Origin: a virus | Taxonomy: Duplodnaviria > Heunggongvirae > Uroviricota > Caudoviricetes | Direction: 5' to 3' (one strand) | Length of the DNA stretch: 64,000 bases | Virus record (IMG/VR): IMGVR_UViG_3300028585_000514 | Shown: positions 9,022-19,044 of the stretch, one piece after another | How positions within the stretch are numbered: the first letter of the stretch is position 1 | Layout: each line of letters starts with the position of its first letter | Position numbers and translations under genes: made by a program | Notes under the pieces: model-generated | What the model was told of the DNA's origin: nothing | The model's database searches: none | The model's input: the letters and a program-made list of their open reading frames with translations, nothing else

Positions 9022-9987
9022 ATGTCACTAGTAGAATACTCAAAAACATACCTACCGAAATACGCCGAGTTCGTCGAAATCACCAAAATCCATGAAGAAG
9101 CTCACTGGCACGAAGGTGAAGCAAAGCTCCAGCAAGACGTGGAACAATGGAAGACCGGCATCATCACCGACGATGAGAAGTACTTCATCAACTCGATCCT
9201 TCGCTTCTTCACTCAGTCCGACGTTGCTGTCGCTCGTGAATACCACGAAATCTTCATCCCGGCATTCAAGAACAACGAAACCCGTAACATGCTTACGTCA
9301 TTCGCTGGTCGTGAAGGCGTCCACCAACGTGCTTACGCACTATTGTCCGACACTCTTGGCTTTGGCGAAGGCTTCTATGAAGAGTTCCTTGAATACGAGG
9401 AAATGAAGGAGAAGTATGACTACATGCTTCAAATGTCGAACAAGAGCTACCATGACCTGGCGCTATCACTAGTCAAGCAATGCCTATTGGAAGGCGTCTC
9501 GCTATTCGGCATGTTTGCGATGCTGTTGAACTTCAGCCGCAGCGGCAAGATGATGGGTATGTCCGACATCAACCTCTGGTCGATCAAAGATGAGTCGATC
9601 CACGTTCGTGGTAACTCCACTCTGTTCCGTCAGTTCGTTGAAGAACATCCACGCATCGTCACTGACGAATTCAAGAAGGAAGCCTATGAAATGGCTCGTG
9701 TCTTGATCGCAATGGAAGACAAGTTCATCGACCGTGCGTTCATGTTGAAAGCATCGTCCGGTGAAGGTGAGAACCAGATCACCAAAGATCAAGTCAAGCA
9801 ATACGTCCGTGCAGTTTGCGACTACCGCATGACTCAGATGGGCTTCAAACCACAGTTCAACGTCGAGAATCCTTTCGAATGGTTGGAGTGGGTGACCTCG
9901 TCGAACATGATCGAAAACTTCTTCGAGACCAATACGGTGTCGTACTCGAAGAACAGCATGATTGGTTCATATGCAGGCGGCTACTGA
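9022..9987 (+). CDS. nrdB: Ribonucleotide reductase class I beta subunit
   Basis: FFTQSD, EGVHQRAY, EGVSLF, DESIH, NFFE. Confidence 0.95.
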   Translation: MSLVEYSKTYLPKYAEFVEITKIHEEAHWHEGEAKLQQDVEQWKTGIITDDEKYFINSILRFFTQSDVAVAREYHEIFIPAFKNNETRNMLTSFAGREGVHQRAYALLSDTLGFGEGFYEEFLEYEEMKEKYDYMLQMSNKSYHDLALSLVKQCLLEGVSLFGMFAMLLNFSRSGKMMGMSDINLWSIKDESIHVRGNSTLFRQFVEEHPRIVTDEFKKEAYEMARVLIAMEDKFIDRAFMLKASSGEGENQITKDQVKQYVRAVCDYRMTQMGFKPQFNVENPFEWLEWVTSSNMIENFFETNTVSYSKNSMIGSYAGGY

Positions 9988-10007
9988 TAAATAATCAGAC
10001 CCAAACG

Positions 10008-10031
10008 AACAGCTCCTTCGGGAGCTGTTTT
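10008..10031 (+). terminator. UUCG hairpin after nrdB, preceded by late-promoter-like GATAAATA (9986-9993)
   Basis: aacagctcc-TTCG-ggagctgtttt. Confidence 0.75.
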
Positions 10032-10048
10032 GCATTAAGGATACCATA

Positions 10049-10507
10049 ATGAAATTAAATGAGCTACTAGACCGTAAGGTCAAATACCATGTCGTTGAGA
10101 AAGAGCTTTACAAGTTCGCGACTGGTGCAAAGATCGGTGGCCGCACCATCGTATTCGAAGCAACGTACGACAAAGCCGAAAATCAGTGGACTGTTCAATT
10201 TGAAGAGTTCAGCGAGAAGGACGAGCTAGGCACCTTCGACGTATCTGGTTCCGGCAATGAACTCGAAGTGTTCTCAATGGTCAAAGCATCAATGGAAGAA
10301 TTCATTGGTCGTTATAAGCCAGACCAAGTCACATTCACCGCATCGAAAAAGACAGGCAAGTCAAATCGTGCCGACCTCTACACCCGCCTATTGAACCGCT
10401 TCAAGATCGACGGCTACAAGCTGATCAAGCAGGATAGCAAAGTGGCTGCGGATTTCAAATTGGTTCGCAACGGATACAAGGACTATTACGACGATGAAAC
10501 TGAATGA
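10049..10507 (+). CDS. Hypothetical protein, tandem paralog 1
   Basis: MKLNELL...IGGRTIVF...SGSGNELEVFSMVK. Confidence 0.85.
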   Translation: MKLNELLDRKVKYHVVEKELYKFATGAKIGGRTIVFEATYDKAENQWTVQFEEFSEKDELGTFDVSGSGNELEVFSMVKASMEEFIGRYKPDQVTFTASKKTGKSNRADLYTRLLNRFKIDGYKLIKQDSKVAADFKLVRNGYKDYYDDETE

Positions 10508-10952
10508 AATTCTAAATCGCAAGGTCCAGTACAAAGTCACGGTTGAAAATGAAAATGCTTTTCAAACCAAAGCGACGATCAATGGTCGCCTCATCGACTT
10601 TGCATGTATCAAACGGGATAGCGGCCTCCGTAAAACCGAATGGCGCTGCACATTCCTTGAAGCAAAGGATGAAAACGATTCCGGAAGCTATGACACTACT
10701 GGGTCTGGTGGTGAACTAGAAGTATTCTCAATGGTCAAAGATAGCTTGCTGGAATTCATCGACAAATATCGCCCAGACCAGATTTACTTCAACGCTAAGC
10801 AAGATGGTGGCAAAGATAAGCAAGCACGCATCCGCGTGTATGACGCCTTGCTGAAAAAATTCAAGGCTCCGGGCTATACGTTTAGAAGAGTGGATGGAGT
10901 CCACGATGGCTCAACACTATTCGTAATTGAAAAAGAAGAGGATGATGATTAA
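10494..10952 (+). CDS. Hypothetical protein, tandem paralog 2
   Basis: MKLNEIL...INGRLIDF...TGSGGELEVFSMVK. Confidence 0.85.
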   Translation: MKLNEILNRKVQYKVTVENENAFQTKATINGRLIDFACIKRDSGLRKTEWRCTFLEAKDENDSGSYDTTGSGGELEVFSMVKDSLLEFIDKYRPDQIYFNAKQDGGKDKQARIRVYDALLKKFKAPGYTFRRVDGVHDGSTLFVIEKEEDDD

Positions 10953-11368
10953 TGAAACTGAATGAAATAATGAACAGCAAAGTTGACTATGAAGTCGTCA
11001 AAGCACGTGGCGGCGTATTCCATACACAAGCAGAAATCGGCGGTCGCATTATCGACTTCGCTGCAATCGAAGAGATGGATGGCGAATGGGAGATTTCTTT
11101 TGGTGAGAAGAAAGGCGCAAAGACTGCTTACGGTCTAACCGGCAGTGGCGCAGCTCCAGAAGTTCTCGCGATGGTCAAAGACTCAATGCTTGAATTTGTT
11201 GAGCGTTATCAACCGGAGAAAATGTACTTCACTGCTGATAAGGAAGGCGACAAGGACAATCGTGCTAGAGTCTACGAACGAATGATCAAACGCTTCAATA
11301 TCCCAAGCTACAAATATTCAACAAACGATAGCGGCAAATCGATTCGCTTTACGCTAACTAAAGCCTAA
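10952..11368 (+). CDS. Hypothetical protein, tandem paralog 3
   Basis: MKLNEIM...IGGRIIDF...TGSGAAPEVLAMVK. Confidence 0.85.
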   Translation: MKLNEIMNSKVDYEVVKARGGVFHTQAEIGGRIIDFAAIEEMDGEWEISFGEKKGAKTAYGLTGSGAAPEVLAMVKDSMLEFVERYQPEKMYFTADKEGDKDNRARVYERMIKRFNIPSYKYSTNDSGKSIRFTLTKA

Positions 11369-11400
11369 TAAATAGTTGATACAATCATACAGAGGTAAAT

Positions 11401-11838
11401 ATGAAACTAACCGTTTTCGCAAAAAAACAAATTAACGAAGAAGCTACGATTGCCCTATCAAAGGCATTTGAGGCTAGCATGCTTAAAGACAAAGCAATGC
11501 TAAATCAACTAGCCGATAAGGTTCATGGTGAAGGTTTCCCTGAGAAATTCTCACTACCGGTCAAGCTATCAAATGGCGCAGACTTGACTATGAATTATGA
11601 GCTCTACGAGAAGTCGATCAATGATTCTAAGTCACATCACCAAGTCACCTTTACCTATGAGCATACCCGCGAGACTATCGTTGCTACCCGCTCAATCCTC
11701 AAGCAAGCTGAGAAGGACCTTGATGATGACGATGGCGACATGTATGACAAATTAGCTGAAGAACTAGGTCATGATATAATCCATGTAACAGCCGAGTTCG
11801 ACGAGAAGTTCACCAAAATCTGGGCAACCACGAAATAA
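11401..11838 (+). CDS. Hypothetical late protein (possible internal head protein)
   Basis: AATAAATA at 11367-11374, GAGG RBS, MKL...INEE N-terminus. Confidence 0.75.
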   Translation: MKLTVFAKKQINEEATIALSKAFEASMLKDKAMLNQLADKVHGEGFPEKFSLPVKLSNGADLTMNYELYEKSINDSKSHHQVTFTYEHTRETIVATRSILKQAEKDLDDDDGDMYDKLAEELGHDIIHVTAEFDEKFTKIWATTK

Positions 11839-11847
11839 GGAATAAAC

Positions 11848-12270
11848 ATGAAACTAGCATCAATCCTGAATAGCAATGACAAGTTGAAAGAGTCTGATGA
11901 CTCTGAAGAATTCGGCTACGAGAACCATGTCCTCGACATGCTGAAGAAAGATTTCGCTGGCAAAGTTGAAGTCAAGAAAGAAGTAAAATTTTCAGCGAAG
12001 TCCGTCGAAGGTACTGACGATGTAGATGGCGGCGACCTAACCATCGAACTCGATAATGACGATACCATCGAACTGACTTGGGAATATAGCACGGGCTATT
12101 CATCCGAAGGCGCCATCAAGAACTTCAGTATGGAAGTCAATGGTCAACGCGTCAGTTGTGATCCAGAGCGTAACGGCAAAGGCGATGCCGCTGACATGCG
12201 TATCCTTACCGCGGTGGAAGCTGCGTACAAGGAACACATCCAAGAAAACCTCGCAGACTACCTCGAGTAA
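11848..12270 (+). CDS. Hypothetical acidic protein (possible internal head protein)
   Basis: AAGGA RBS; MKLASIL...LKES N-terminus. Confidence 0.75.
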   Translation: MKLASILNSNDKLKESDDSEEFGYENHVLDMLKKDFAGKVEVKKEVKFSAKSVEGTDDVDGGDLTIELDNDDTIELTWEYSTGYSSEGAIKNFSMEVNGQRVSCDPERNGKGDAADMRILTAVEAAYKEHIQENLADYLE

Positions 12271-12331
12271 TTTCAACTGATTCTTCTTGGACTGCGGTAT
12301 AATTACGTACACGCTGCCCAAGAAGAATAAT

Positions 12332-12772
12332 ATGGAATTCAAACGCCTCTCCCTAGACGAAACCTACCTTCGTATGGCGCATTTGTGGGCACATGATCGC
12401 TCACACTGCGTACGCAAAAAAGTCGGTGCACTGGCTGTTAAAGATGGCCAGATTATCGCTGATGGCTACAATGGAATGCCTAAAGGTTACCCAAACACTT
12501 GTGAGCTTCCTGATGGCAACACCAATCCCCTCGTACTTCACGCTGAATCAAATCTCCTAGCTAAGATCGGTAAGTCGACTTCATCCTCCGTTGGGGCGAC
12601 TCTGTACATAACCTTGTCGCCATGTATTGATTGCGCGAAGATGATTCTTCAACATGAAATCGCACGAGTCGTGTATGCCGAGGAATACCGCATCACTGAT
12701 GGGCTAGAATTGCTCCGCAATTCTGGCGTCGAAGTCTCTCACGTTCCGGTGAAATTTCCAGTTTACAACTAG
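12332..12772 (+). CDS. dCMP deaminase
   Basis: SHCVRKKVGA, GYNG, HAESN, SPCIDC zinc motif; probable start ATG 12332. Confidence 0.92.
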   Translation: MEFKRLSLDETYLRMAHLWAHDRSHCVRKKVGALAVKDGQIIADGYNGMPKGYPNTCELPDGNTNPLVLHAESNLLAKIGKSTSSSVGATLYITLSPCIDCAKMILQHEIARVVYAEEYRITDGLELLRNSGVEVSHVPVKFPVYN

Positions 12773-12790
12773 TGGAAATATAGTTATGAT
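12762..12790 (+). promoter_or_regulatory. Early/sigma70-like promoter
   Basis: gTTTACA-N17-TATGAT. Confidence 0.55.
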
Positions 12791-12826
12791 GTCATTACTC
12801 CATCATAACTTTTATAGGAACAATAC

Positions 12827-13120
12827 ATGAGCACTCAAGCTTCCGTACTGCAACTGCCGCCAACCGTCCAGTTCGATTCGAACAACAAGGAACACCGGAC
12901 GGCGTACGTGGACTTCCTGAATACGGGCAAGTGGAGCATGCGCTTCACCCTGGAGCATCCGTTCCAGTCGATCCCGAACATGATCATGTACAAGCTGGCT
13001 ATCCTGGCCTGCGCAGCTGAAGGTACGGTCGACACGAGCGCGATGCTCGCCAAGTCCGCCATCCTCCCGACCGAGAAGGCGGTAGCAGTCAACAACGAAC
13101 AGGTCGAGAAAGCCGCATGA
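12827..13120 (+). CDS. Hypothetical protein
   Basis: AGGA RBS, GC-rich codon usage. Confidence 0.75.
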   Translation: MSTQASVLQLPPTVQFDSNNKEHRTAYVDFLNTGKWSMRFTLEHPFQSIPNMIMYKLAILACAAEGTVDTSAMLAKSAILPTEKAVAVNNEQVEKAA

Positions 13121-13125
13121 TCTAA

Positions 13126-13668
13126 ATGTCACAATTCAAGACGGACCTTAGCGATTATACGCTTTGGTTCGACGGTGTGATTGAAGTGGACCCTCAGAAC
13201 ATCGAGGGTCTATTCCTCAAAAACATCCCTCCCTCCCGCATCGCAGTATCCGAACTCACTCCAGACCTTGTACGCTACAATCGGCTAGCTAAAGACAAGA
13301 TCACCACCAAAGAAGAAATCGACGCTGAGAAGATTTCCTTCGACTGGAACATCCCACCTGAATATTTGGCATTGAACGTTGAAGAACGAGTCTGGGCTGC
13401 CTTTTGGAAAAAACAACCTAGGAAGTCCGAGAAGGACACAAACGCTAGGACTGAAAGGATAGCCAGAGAATTATATGAGTACACCTCTCGTGGGCTCCTG
13501 GACGTTCTGCGAGTACTGATCTACGTTGTCGACACCTTCAAAAAGAATAATGTCGTCTGGGGCGTAGGCCGAGGTTCGAGCTGTGCATCTTACATCCTCT
13601 ATCTCCTTGAGGTTCATTCAGTTGATCCGGTGAAGTACGACATCCCACTGGAAGAGTTTTTTAAGTAA
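13126..13668 (+). CDS. DNA polymerase III alpha (DnaE)-like fragment A
   Basis: RIARELYEY...VWGVGRGSSCASYILYLLEVHSVDPVKYDIPLEEFFK resembles DnaE GPGRGSxxxSLVAYxLxITxxDPxxYxLxFERF. Confidence 0.8.
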   Translation: MSQFKTDLSDYTLWFDGVIEVDPQNIEGLFLKNIPPSRIAVSELTPDLVRYNRLAKDKITTKEEIDAEKISFDWNIPPEYLALNVEERVWAAFWKKQPRKSEKDTNARTERIARELYEYTSRGLLDVLRVLIYVVDTFKKNNVVWGVGRGSSCASYILYLLEVHSVDPVKYDIPLEEFFK

Positions 13669-13676
13669 AATCGAAA

Positions 13677-13704
13677 GCCAACTATAAATAATCTGTTTGT
13701 TGGC
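13677..13704 (+). promoter_or_regulatory. Late promoter TATAAATA (13683-13690) within a hairpin
   Basis: gccaac / gttggc arms. Confidence 0.65.
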
Positions 13705-13748
13705 GGCCAGTCAGCAAATTCCAAAAATAATAATAGGAGAAAAAACGT

Positions 13749-13979
13749 ATGGGTAAAATTGCACGCAGTGCTCGCGGCGAAATCGTCGACTTCGATCTAA
13801 TCGCAATCCGTCAGCAGCTAGCTAGCGCACCACCACCAGTTGAAGTGTCCGCTCGTCGCGAATACATCGACAACAAAGAAGCTGGTCGTCCAATGAAGGA
13901 CACCATCCTAAATCCAATCAGCATCTCCGGCGAAGGTGACGGCGATGATGAGTTCGAGAACCCAAACCTCGACGAGTAA
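13749..13979 (+). CDS. Hypothetical small late protein
   Basis: AGGAG RBS; ARSARGEIVDFD. Confidence 0.75.
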   Translation: MGKIARSARGEIVDFDLIAIRQQLASAPPPVEVSARREYIDNKEAGRPMKDTILNPISISGEGDGDDEFENPNLDE

Positions 13980-14048
13980 CACCATCCCACCCATAGTCTC
14001 GGCATAGCGTCCGAGACTATCCATAACCATAATACATAGGAAATATCA

Positions 14049-14366
14049 ATGAAGCTTAAACCACTAGGCAAGAACATTCTATTCGCATTTCTTGACCGCG
14101 TAACTCAAGACGGCTTTATCCCGAGCTCAGGCGGTTCCATCATTCTGACTCAACAAAACCTTGACCACAACCGTACCCCAAAGTGGGGCGTGGTTCTACT
14201 CACTGGTCCTCAAGTTCCTGCCAACGACATCAAAGTTGGTGATTACATCCTAATCGAACCCCTCATGTGGACGCCCGGCTTTGAAGTCGAAGGTGTCAAA
14301 GCATGGAAGACCGATTCGGACAAAGTGATGGTTGTTACTTCAGAGGCGCCAGACATTTCTTTCTAA
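14049..14366 (+). CDS. groES: GroES-like co-chaperonin
   Basis: MKLKPLGKNIL, SSGGSIIL mobile loop, GVVLLTGP, IKVGDYIL. Confidence 0.8.
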   Translation: MKLKPLGKNILFAFLDRVTQDGFIPSSGGSIILTQQNLDHNRTPKWGVVLLTGPQVPANDIKVGDYILIEPLMWTPGFEVEGVKAWKTDSDKVMVVTSEAPDISF

Positions 14367-14378
14367 CCTGGATTTTTC

Positions 14379-16094
14379 ATGACTTTAATTCTTTTACTTT
14401 TCTTAGCAGCACTCTCGCTAGAAGGTATTGGAACTTACATTTCAGTCATTGGCTTGGCAGCGACATTCGCTGCCGATCCCATCATTCTGACAATGGCCGT
14501 AGTTCTAGACTTCTGCAAAATCATCTCAGTAAACACCCTTGCAAAATCGTGGCCTCGACTGACTAAAACAGTTCGTACCTACCTTGTTGCTTCCACTCTA
14601 GTCCTTTCAATCATCACCTCGGCTGGTGTCGCTGGTTACCTTTCGAATTCGTTCCAAAAGGCCATGCTACCAACTCAAGGCAATGACATTGCGCTAGTGA
14701 GCCTAAAATCTGAACAAGAACGCCTACTTGCTCGCAAGAAGGAAATCGATACTCAGATTTCGCAGCTACCACCAAACCAAGTTCGCAGTCGTCAACGCTT
14801 GATGACCAGCTTCAAACCAGAAACTGATCACATCAATACCCGCTTGATTGCAATCGAAGCTGAACTACCAAAACTCCAAACCACCAAAGTACAAGCGCAT
14901 ACCGAAGTCGGTGCCATCATGTACCTTGCTGAAATTGCTGGCATCACTCCAGGTCAAGCCGTCGGTATCATCATTGTGATGATCATCTTCGTGTTCGACC
15001 CTATGGCGATCGTCTTCTTGATCACAGCAAATACCTTGCTACGATTCCGTAAAGAGGAGAAAGAGGAGAAGAAGCCAGAGCCAATCGTCATCGACGAGAA
15101 GGACGTGATCGATCAACCCATCGTGGATGAAGTCCTTGATCCTGAAGTCGTAGACGAACCTGAACCCGAGCCAGCTCCTTCGATTCTTGAAAAGCTTCCT
15201 GAGGTAGAAGATCAAGCAACGATCATCTATCCTGTTAAGCGCCTTCCAAACATCACGATCGACATGACCCAAGTGCCGAAATCGACGCTTGCTATAGTTG
15301 AGCCTGTTGCGGAGAAGATCAATGCTGAAGTTGTTGTTGAAGAGCCAGCAATCGAAGAACCTCCGATCATCGTTCCAGAATATGTTCCGGTAGTCGAAGA
15401 GGAAGATACGACCCCGTATCCTTTTCCGCTAGTCGCACCGACTGAAGAACGCCCAACCGAACGCTATGAGGAAGAAGTTCATGAGAGCACCGAGAAGCTA
15501 GCCAAAGCACTAGATGGCGAACCACTCGTTCTGACCTCGCCATTCGAAGGCATGGATCAACCATGGACCGAAGAGAAGATCGCTGAACTGGATGCTGCAC
15601 TTGCTCCTTATGAGACAGAGCCAGAACCGACCTTCACGACAGACGTTGAAGTTCTTCACATTGGCGAACCAACTCCGATGCCGCTTGAAGAAGGAATGGA
15701 ACTACTCAAGCAAGCTCTCGATCCAATTCGCAATGAACTTGCTGCTAAGGAAGAAGAACCACATCTCGAAGAAGTGCTTCGTGAAATCCTTGCTGACAAA
15801 GAAGGTCCACTGACCGATGAAGAACGTATTCGTCTTGATCGCGCATTAGATCGAATCTTTGCGAATGATCCTCAAAGGGAACACTCAGACGAGCCAGAAG
15901 ACGAGGAAGCTGAAGATCATCAGCCAGTCGCCGAAAACGTCCCTGACGCCGTTCCTACCGAGCCTGAAGTTCAATACGCCCCGTCCACCCTGGACAATCC
16001 AAACCTAGACTCCGTCAAAGGTTCAGGCGTTCAATACGTAGGCCCAGTATTTGTCAACCCGACAGTGCTGGAAACCTACGCTGCAAAATCGTAA
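14379..16094 (+). CDS. Membrane protein with coiled coil and long Glu/Pro-rich tail
   Basis: Several hydrophobic segments, FVFDPMA, acidic low-complexity C-terminal half. Confidence 0.75.
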   Translation: MTLILLLFLAALSLEGIGTYISVIGLAATFAADPIILTMAVVLDFCKIISVNTLAKSWPRLTKTVRTYLVASTLVLSIITSAGVAGYLSNSFQKAMLPTQGNDIALVSLKSEQERLLARKKEIDTQISQLPPNQVRSRQRLMTSFKPETDHINTRLIAIEAELPKLQTTKVQAHTEVGAIMYLAEIAGITPGQAVGIIIVMIIFVFDPMAIVFLITANTLLRFRKEEKEEKKPEPIVIDEKDVIDQPIVDEVLDPEVVDEPEPEPAPSILEKLPEVEDQATIIYPVKRLPNITIDMTQVPKSTLAIVEPVAEKINAEVVVEEPAIEEPPIIVPEYVPVVEEEDTTPYPFPLVAPTEERPTERYEEEVHESTEKLAKALDGEPLVLTSPFEGMDQPWTEEKIAELDAALAPYETEPEPTFTTDVEVLHIGEPTPMPLEEGMELLKQALDPIRNELAAKEEEPHLEEVLREILADKEGPLTDEERIRLDRALDRIFANDPQREHSDEPEDEEAEDHQPVAENVPDAVPTEPEVQYAPSTLDNPNLDSVKGSGVQYVGPVFVNPTVLETYAAKS

Positions 16095-16169
16095 TTCCTC
16101 CAAACTGGCGTAGTACAATTTCAACTCGAAGTTGTGCTACGCTTCTACAAAACAAAAATAATAATCCAA

Positions 16170-16613
16170 ATGGCAAATACTAACGTAGATGTACCATACA
16201 TTGTGGTCGTATCCACTAACATGTATGCAGGCAGTTTTGAACGCGATATGACTGCGTATTGCACCGGCTCTTATGGTGAATGCGGAGTTGGCGACGACCA
16301 AGCCGAGCTCTTCCGTGAAGAAACTTCCGAAGAAATCCAAGCGTTATTTGAAGACGCCTTGTCACAACAACCGGATGATCGTGGCTGCCACCGTCCATGT
16401 TCGATCTGGAACCTAGGCAAGAACACTGGCTACAACGATGTTGCTATGTTCTTTGACTGTGAAGTAACGCAGCAAATGCTGGAAGCCATCAAAGACCGTG
16501 CTGTTGAATTCTCCAAGGAAGGCAGATACAACGGTAAAATGCAAATCAAATCAGTCACGCTGATTGGTCGTACGGTAACCACCGTCGACACCATCCTCTC
16601 CACCCTCAAGTAA
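16170..16613 (+). CDS. Hypothetical protein
   Basis: Probable start ATG 16170; TNMYAGSFERDMTAYCTG. Confidence 0.7.
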   Translation: MANTNVDVPYIVVVSTNMYAGSFERDMTAYCTGSYGECGVGDDQAELFREETSEEIQALFEDALSQQPDDRGCHRPCSIWNLGKNTGYNDVAMFFDCEVTQQMLEAIKDRAVEFSKEGRYNGKMQIKSVTLIGRTVTTVDTILSTLK

Positions 16614-16647
16614 CACCCTCACTTTTCACTCCTTACTTTACACACCT

Positions 16648-17571
16648 ATGTCTAAGATCAAACAATTGTGGGTGCGCAAGCACGCTCCTAAATCGCTGTC
16701 CGAAGTCGTCTTCCAAAACGAAACTCAAAAGCGCAAGTTCATGAAGTACCTAAGCGATGGTGAGTTCCCGCATCTGCTTTTGTCTGGTGTGCAAGGTTCG
16801 GGTAAATCGACTATCTCGAACGCGTTGGTCAATGACTTCAACATTGAAAAGATGGATGTCATGCGTATCAACGCTTCGAAAGAAAACAGCGTCGACACCA
16901 TGCGTGAAAAGATTTCGAACTTCGTTCAGACCTTCGCGACAAGCAAGTTCAAAGTCGTTCAGCTCGAAGAGATGGATGGCCTGTCCCATGCTGCACAAGC
17001 TGCACTGCGCGTGATCATGGAAGACTACTCGGACTATGTCCGCTTTATCGGCACCTGCAACTACGCAAACAAGATCATCCCCGCGCTGAAGTCGCGTATG
17101 ACTCACTACGAGTTCAAAGCGCCTTCGTTCGAAGACACCGCAGTCCTGGTCGCCACGATCCTCGTCACCGAAGGCGTCGACTTTGAACCTGAACTGCTCG
17201 AGAAGTACATTGCCGCATCGTACCCAGACATTCGCGCGCTGATCAATGCGGTGCAAGACAATTCGGAAGGCGGCAAGCTGACTGAACCAGAATCGGTCAA
17301 CGGCTCTGACTACAAGTTCCAAATTCTCGATATGCTGGAAGCCGGCGACATCCGAGGCATTCGCAAGCTGGTCTGCGAGAACGTTGGTCGCGAAGAGTAC
17401 GAAGAAGTATACCGCTTCATGTACGAAAACATCCACAAGTGCAAAGGCTTCGATGCAGACAGCAACGAAGCAGCAATCGTCCTGATCGCCGACTATCTGT
17501 ACCGCCATGCGGTCATGGCTGATCCCGAGATCAACTTCGCCGCGCTGTGCTACAAACTGGTGAAGCTGTAA
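16648..17571 (+). CDS. Clamp loader ATPase subunit (gp44/RFC-like)
   Basis: LWVRKHAPK, GVQGSGKS, INAS, LEEMD, AQAALR, ALKSR. Confidence 0.92.
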   Translation: MSKIKQLWVRKHAPKSLSEVVFQNETQKRKFMKYLSDGEFPHLLLSGVQGSGKSTISNALVNDFNIEKMDVMRINASKENSVDTMREKISNFVQTFATSKFKVVQLEEMDGLSHAAQAALRVIMEDYSDYVRFIGTCNYANKIIPALKSRMTHYEFKAPSFEDTAVLVATILVTEGVDFEPELLEKYIAASYPDIRALINAVQDNSEGGKLTEPESVNGSDYKFQILDMLEAGDIRGIRKLVCENVGREEYEEVYRFMYENIHKCKGFDADSNEAAIVLIADYLYRHAVMADPEINFAALCYKLVKL

Positions 17572-17574
17572 TCT

Positions 17575-18192
17575 ATGTCACGCGAACAATGCACCTATGA
17601 ACGTGTACTTCGCGATGTGGCTGAACATCAACTGACTGTCATTCGTGATGATGATGTTCACCGTCATATTCGTCTCTCGCGTCCAGGCTCATCCGACTAT
17701 TACTTCGACATCATCACATGGCCAGGCAATCTGATCATCAGCGGCGATATGGGTGCATACTCATTCAATCGTCTCACTGATATGTTCGAGTTCTTCCGAC
17801 ATGAAGGCGGCTTCATTAATCCTGGCTATTGGGCTGAGAAGTTGACGTCGGCCGGTCGTGAAGGTTACGAAGAATTCGACGGCGATCGAACGCGTGAAGT
17901 CATCGAGCAGTATTACAATGAATGGCTCGAAGAGAATGGCCTCACCAAAGAAGAGGACATGGAAGGCAACGAAATCTGGGGTGAGATTAAGCGAGAAATC
18001 CTGGACTACATCGATGCCGGTGATGAACACCGTGCCTTGACTGGCCTCTACGACTTCAACTACGAAGACTTTGAATTCACCGACATCTTCGAGTACCGGA
18101 TGAAGCGGTACACCTTCCACTACATCTGGAACTGCTACGCAATCGTGTGGGCAATCGAACAATACGACAAATACAAGAAGAACAATGGCTAA
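17575..18192 (+). CDS. Hypothetical phage protein
   Basis: FDIITWPGNLIISGDMG, INPGYWAEK. Confidence 0.8.
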   Translation: MSREQCTYERVLRDVAEHQLTVIRDDDVHRHIRLSRPGSSDYYFDIITWPGNLIISGDMGAYSFNRLTDMFEFFRHEGGFINPGYWAEKLTSAGREGYEEFDGDRTREVIEQYYNEWLEENGLTKEEDMEGNEIWGEIKREILDYIDAGDEHRALTGLYDFNYEDFEFTDIFEYRMKRYTFHYIWNCYAIVWAIEQYDKYKKNNG

Positions 18193-18646
18193 AGAATTCG
18201 CACTAGACATCTTCCACTTGCTCGGCCAAATCGACAAGAAGGACACGATGTTCTACAGCAAGCTTACCGATGAACAGCGCAAGGCATACAGTCCACTTGT
18301 GTCCATGCGTTGGATGTCTGGCACTAACGATGAACGCCAAATCATTTACTTGAATGAGCTGGTCAATCGTTTCGTGTTCAACATCGGCGAGCACAAGGAA
18401 CTGCTGTACAAACTTCAATGCGCCGCAAGCTCCGGCACTCCACGCCGCTACAATTGGATGGCCGCCAAGACTGCTGCCAATAAGAAGAACAAAGGCCTAG
18501 ACATCGTCATGCAATACTGCGACTATGGCGTTCGTGAAGCAAAGTCGGTGATGCCGCTTCTCGGCAGCGAAGACATCCTCGCGATGGCTGAAGAGCTTGG
18601 TTTCCAAAAAGAAGAACTGGCTAAGCTCAAGAAGGATTTGAAGTAA
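18185..18646 (+). CDS. Probable clamp loader small subunit (gp62-like)
   Basis: Size, position after gp44-like gene, YSPLVSMRWMS...YLNELVN. Confidence 0.55.
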   Translation: MAKEFALDIFHLLGQIDKKDTMFYSKLTDEQRKAYSPLVSMRWMSGTNDERQIIYLNELVNRFVFNIGEHKELLYKLQCAASSGTPRRYNWMAAKTAANKKNKGLDIVMQYCDYGVREAKSVMPLLGSEDILAMAEELGFQKEELAKLKKDLK

Positions 18647-19041
18647 TGGTCAAGAAATATCGCCCTCCAAAGCGTAAGGTCGTCACTCCACCGTTGGATG
18701 AAACCCAATGGCAGTTCAAAAAGGGCATTGCTGCGATCCAAACTGCAATCGGCGCTCTTCAGCAACAGCTTGACACTGAACTCGAGAAGTGTCCTCATGC
18801 AATCGCGTATGAGGTCGAATACTCCGCTTGGTGTGAGATTTGCGGTGAAGATTTCGGATGGCACTGTCCAGTAAGTCCAGATCACGCTTGCCATTACTAC
18901 TCGGAACGAAGTGCGCCCGGCATGGAGCCAATCGTCAAACTCAACAATGGCGGCATTGCTTACCTATCATCCGACTACGAAGGTGATTGGGAGACTGACG
19001 ACTGCTGCATCTTCTGTCACCAGCCAAACGAAAGAAAATAA
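18646..19041 (+). CDS. Cys/His-rich hypothetical protein
   Basis: CEICG, CPVSPDHACHY, CIFCHQPNERK. Confidence 0.75.
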   Translation: MVKKYRPPKRKVVTPPLDETQWQFKKGIAAIQTAIGALQQQLDTELEKCPHAIAYEVEYSAWCEICGEDFGWHCPVSPDHACHYYSERSAPGMEPIVKLNNGGIAYLSSDYEGDWETDDCCIFCHQPNERK

Positions 19042-19044
19042 TCC

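Noticed and set aside
7075-9987. Introns or inteins in nrdA/nrdB (also uvsX, uvsW)
   Set aside because: ORFs are continuous and of normal size, with no splicing motifs
13993-14020. Inverted repeat upstream of groES as a CIRCE element
   Set aside because: atagtctcgg / ccgagactat does not match TTAGCACTC-N9-GAGTGCTAA; probably a simple RNA hairpin
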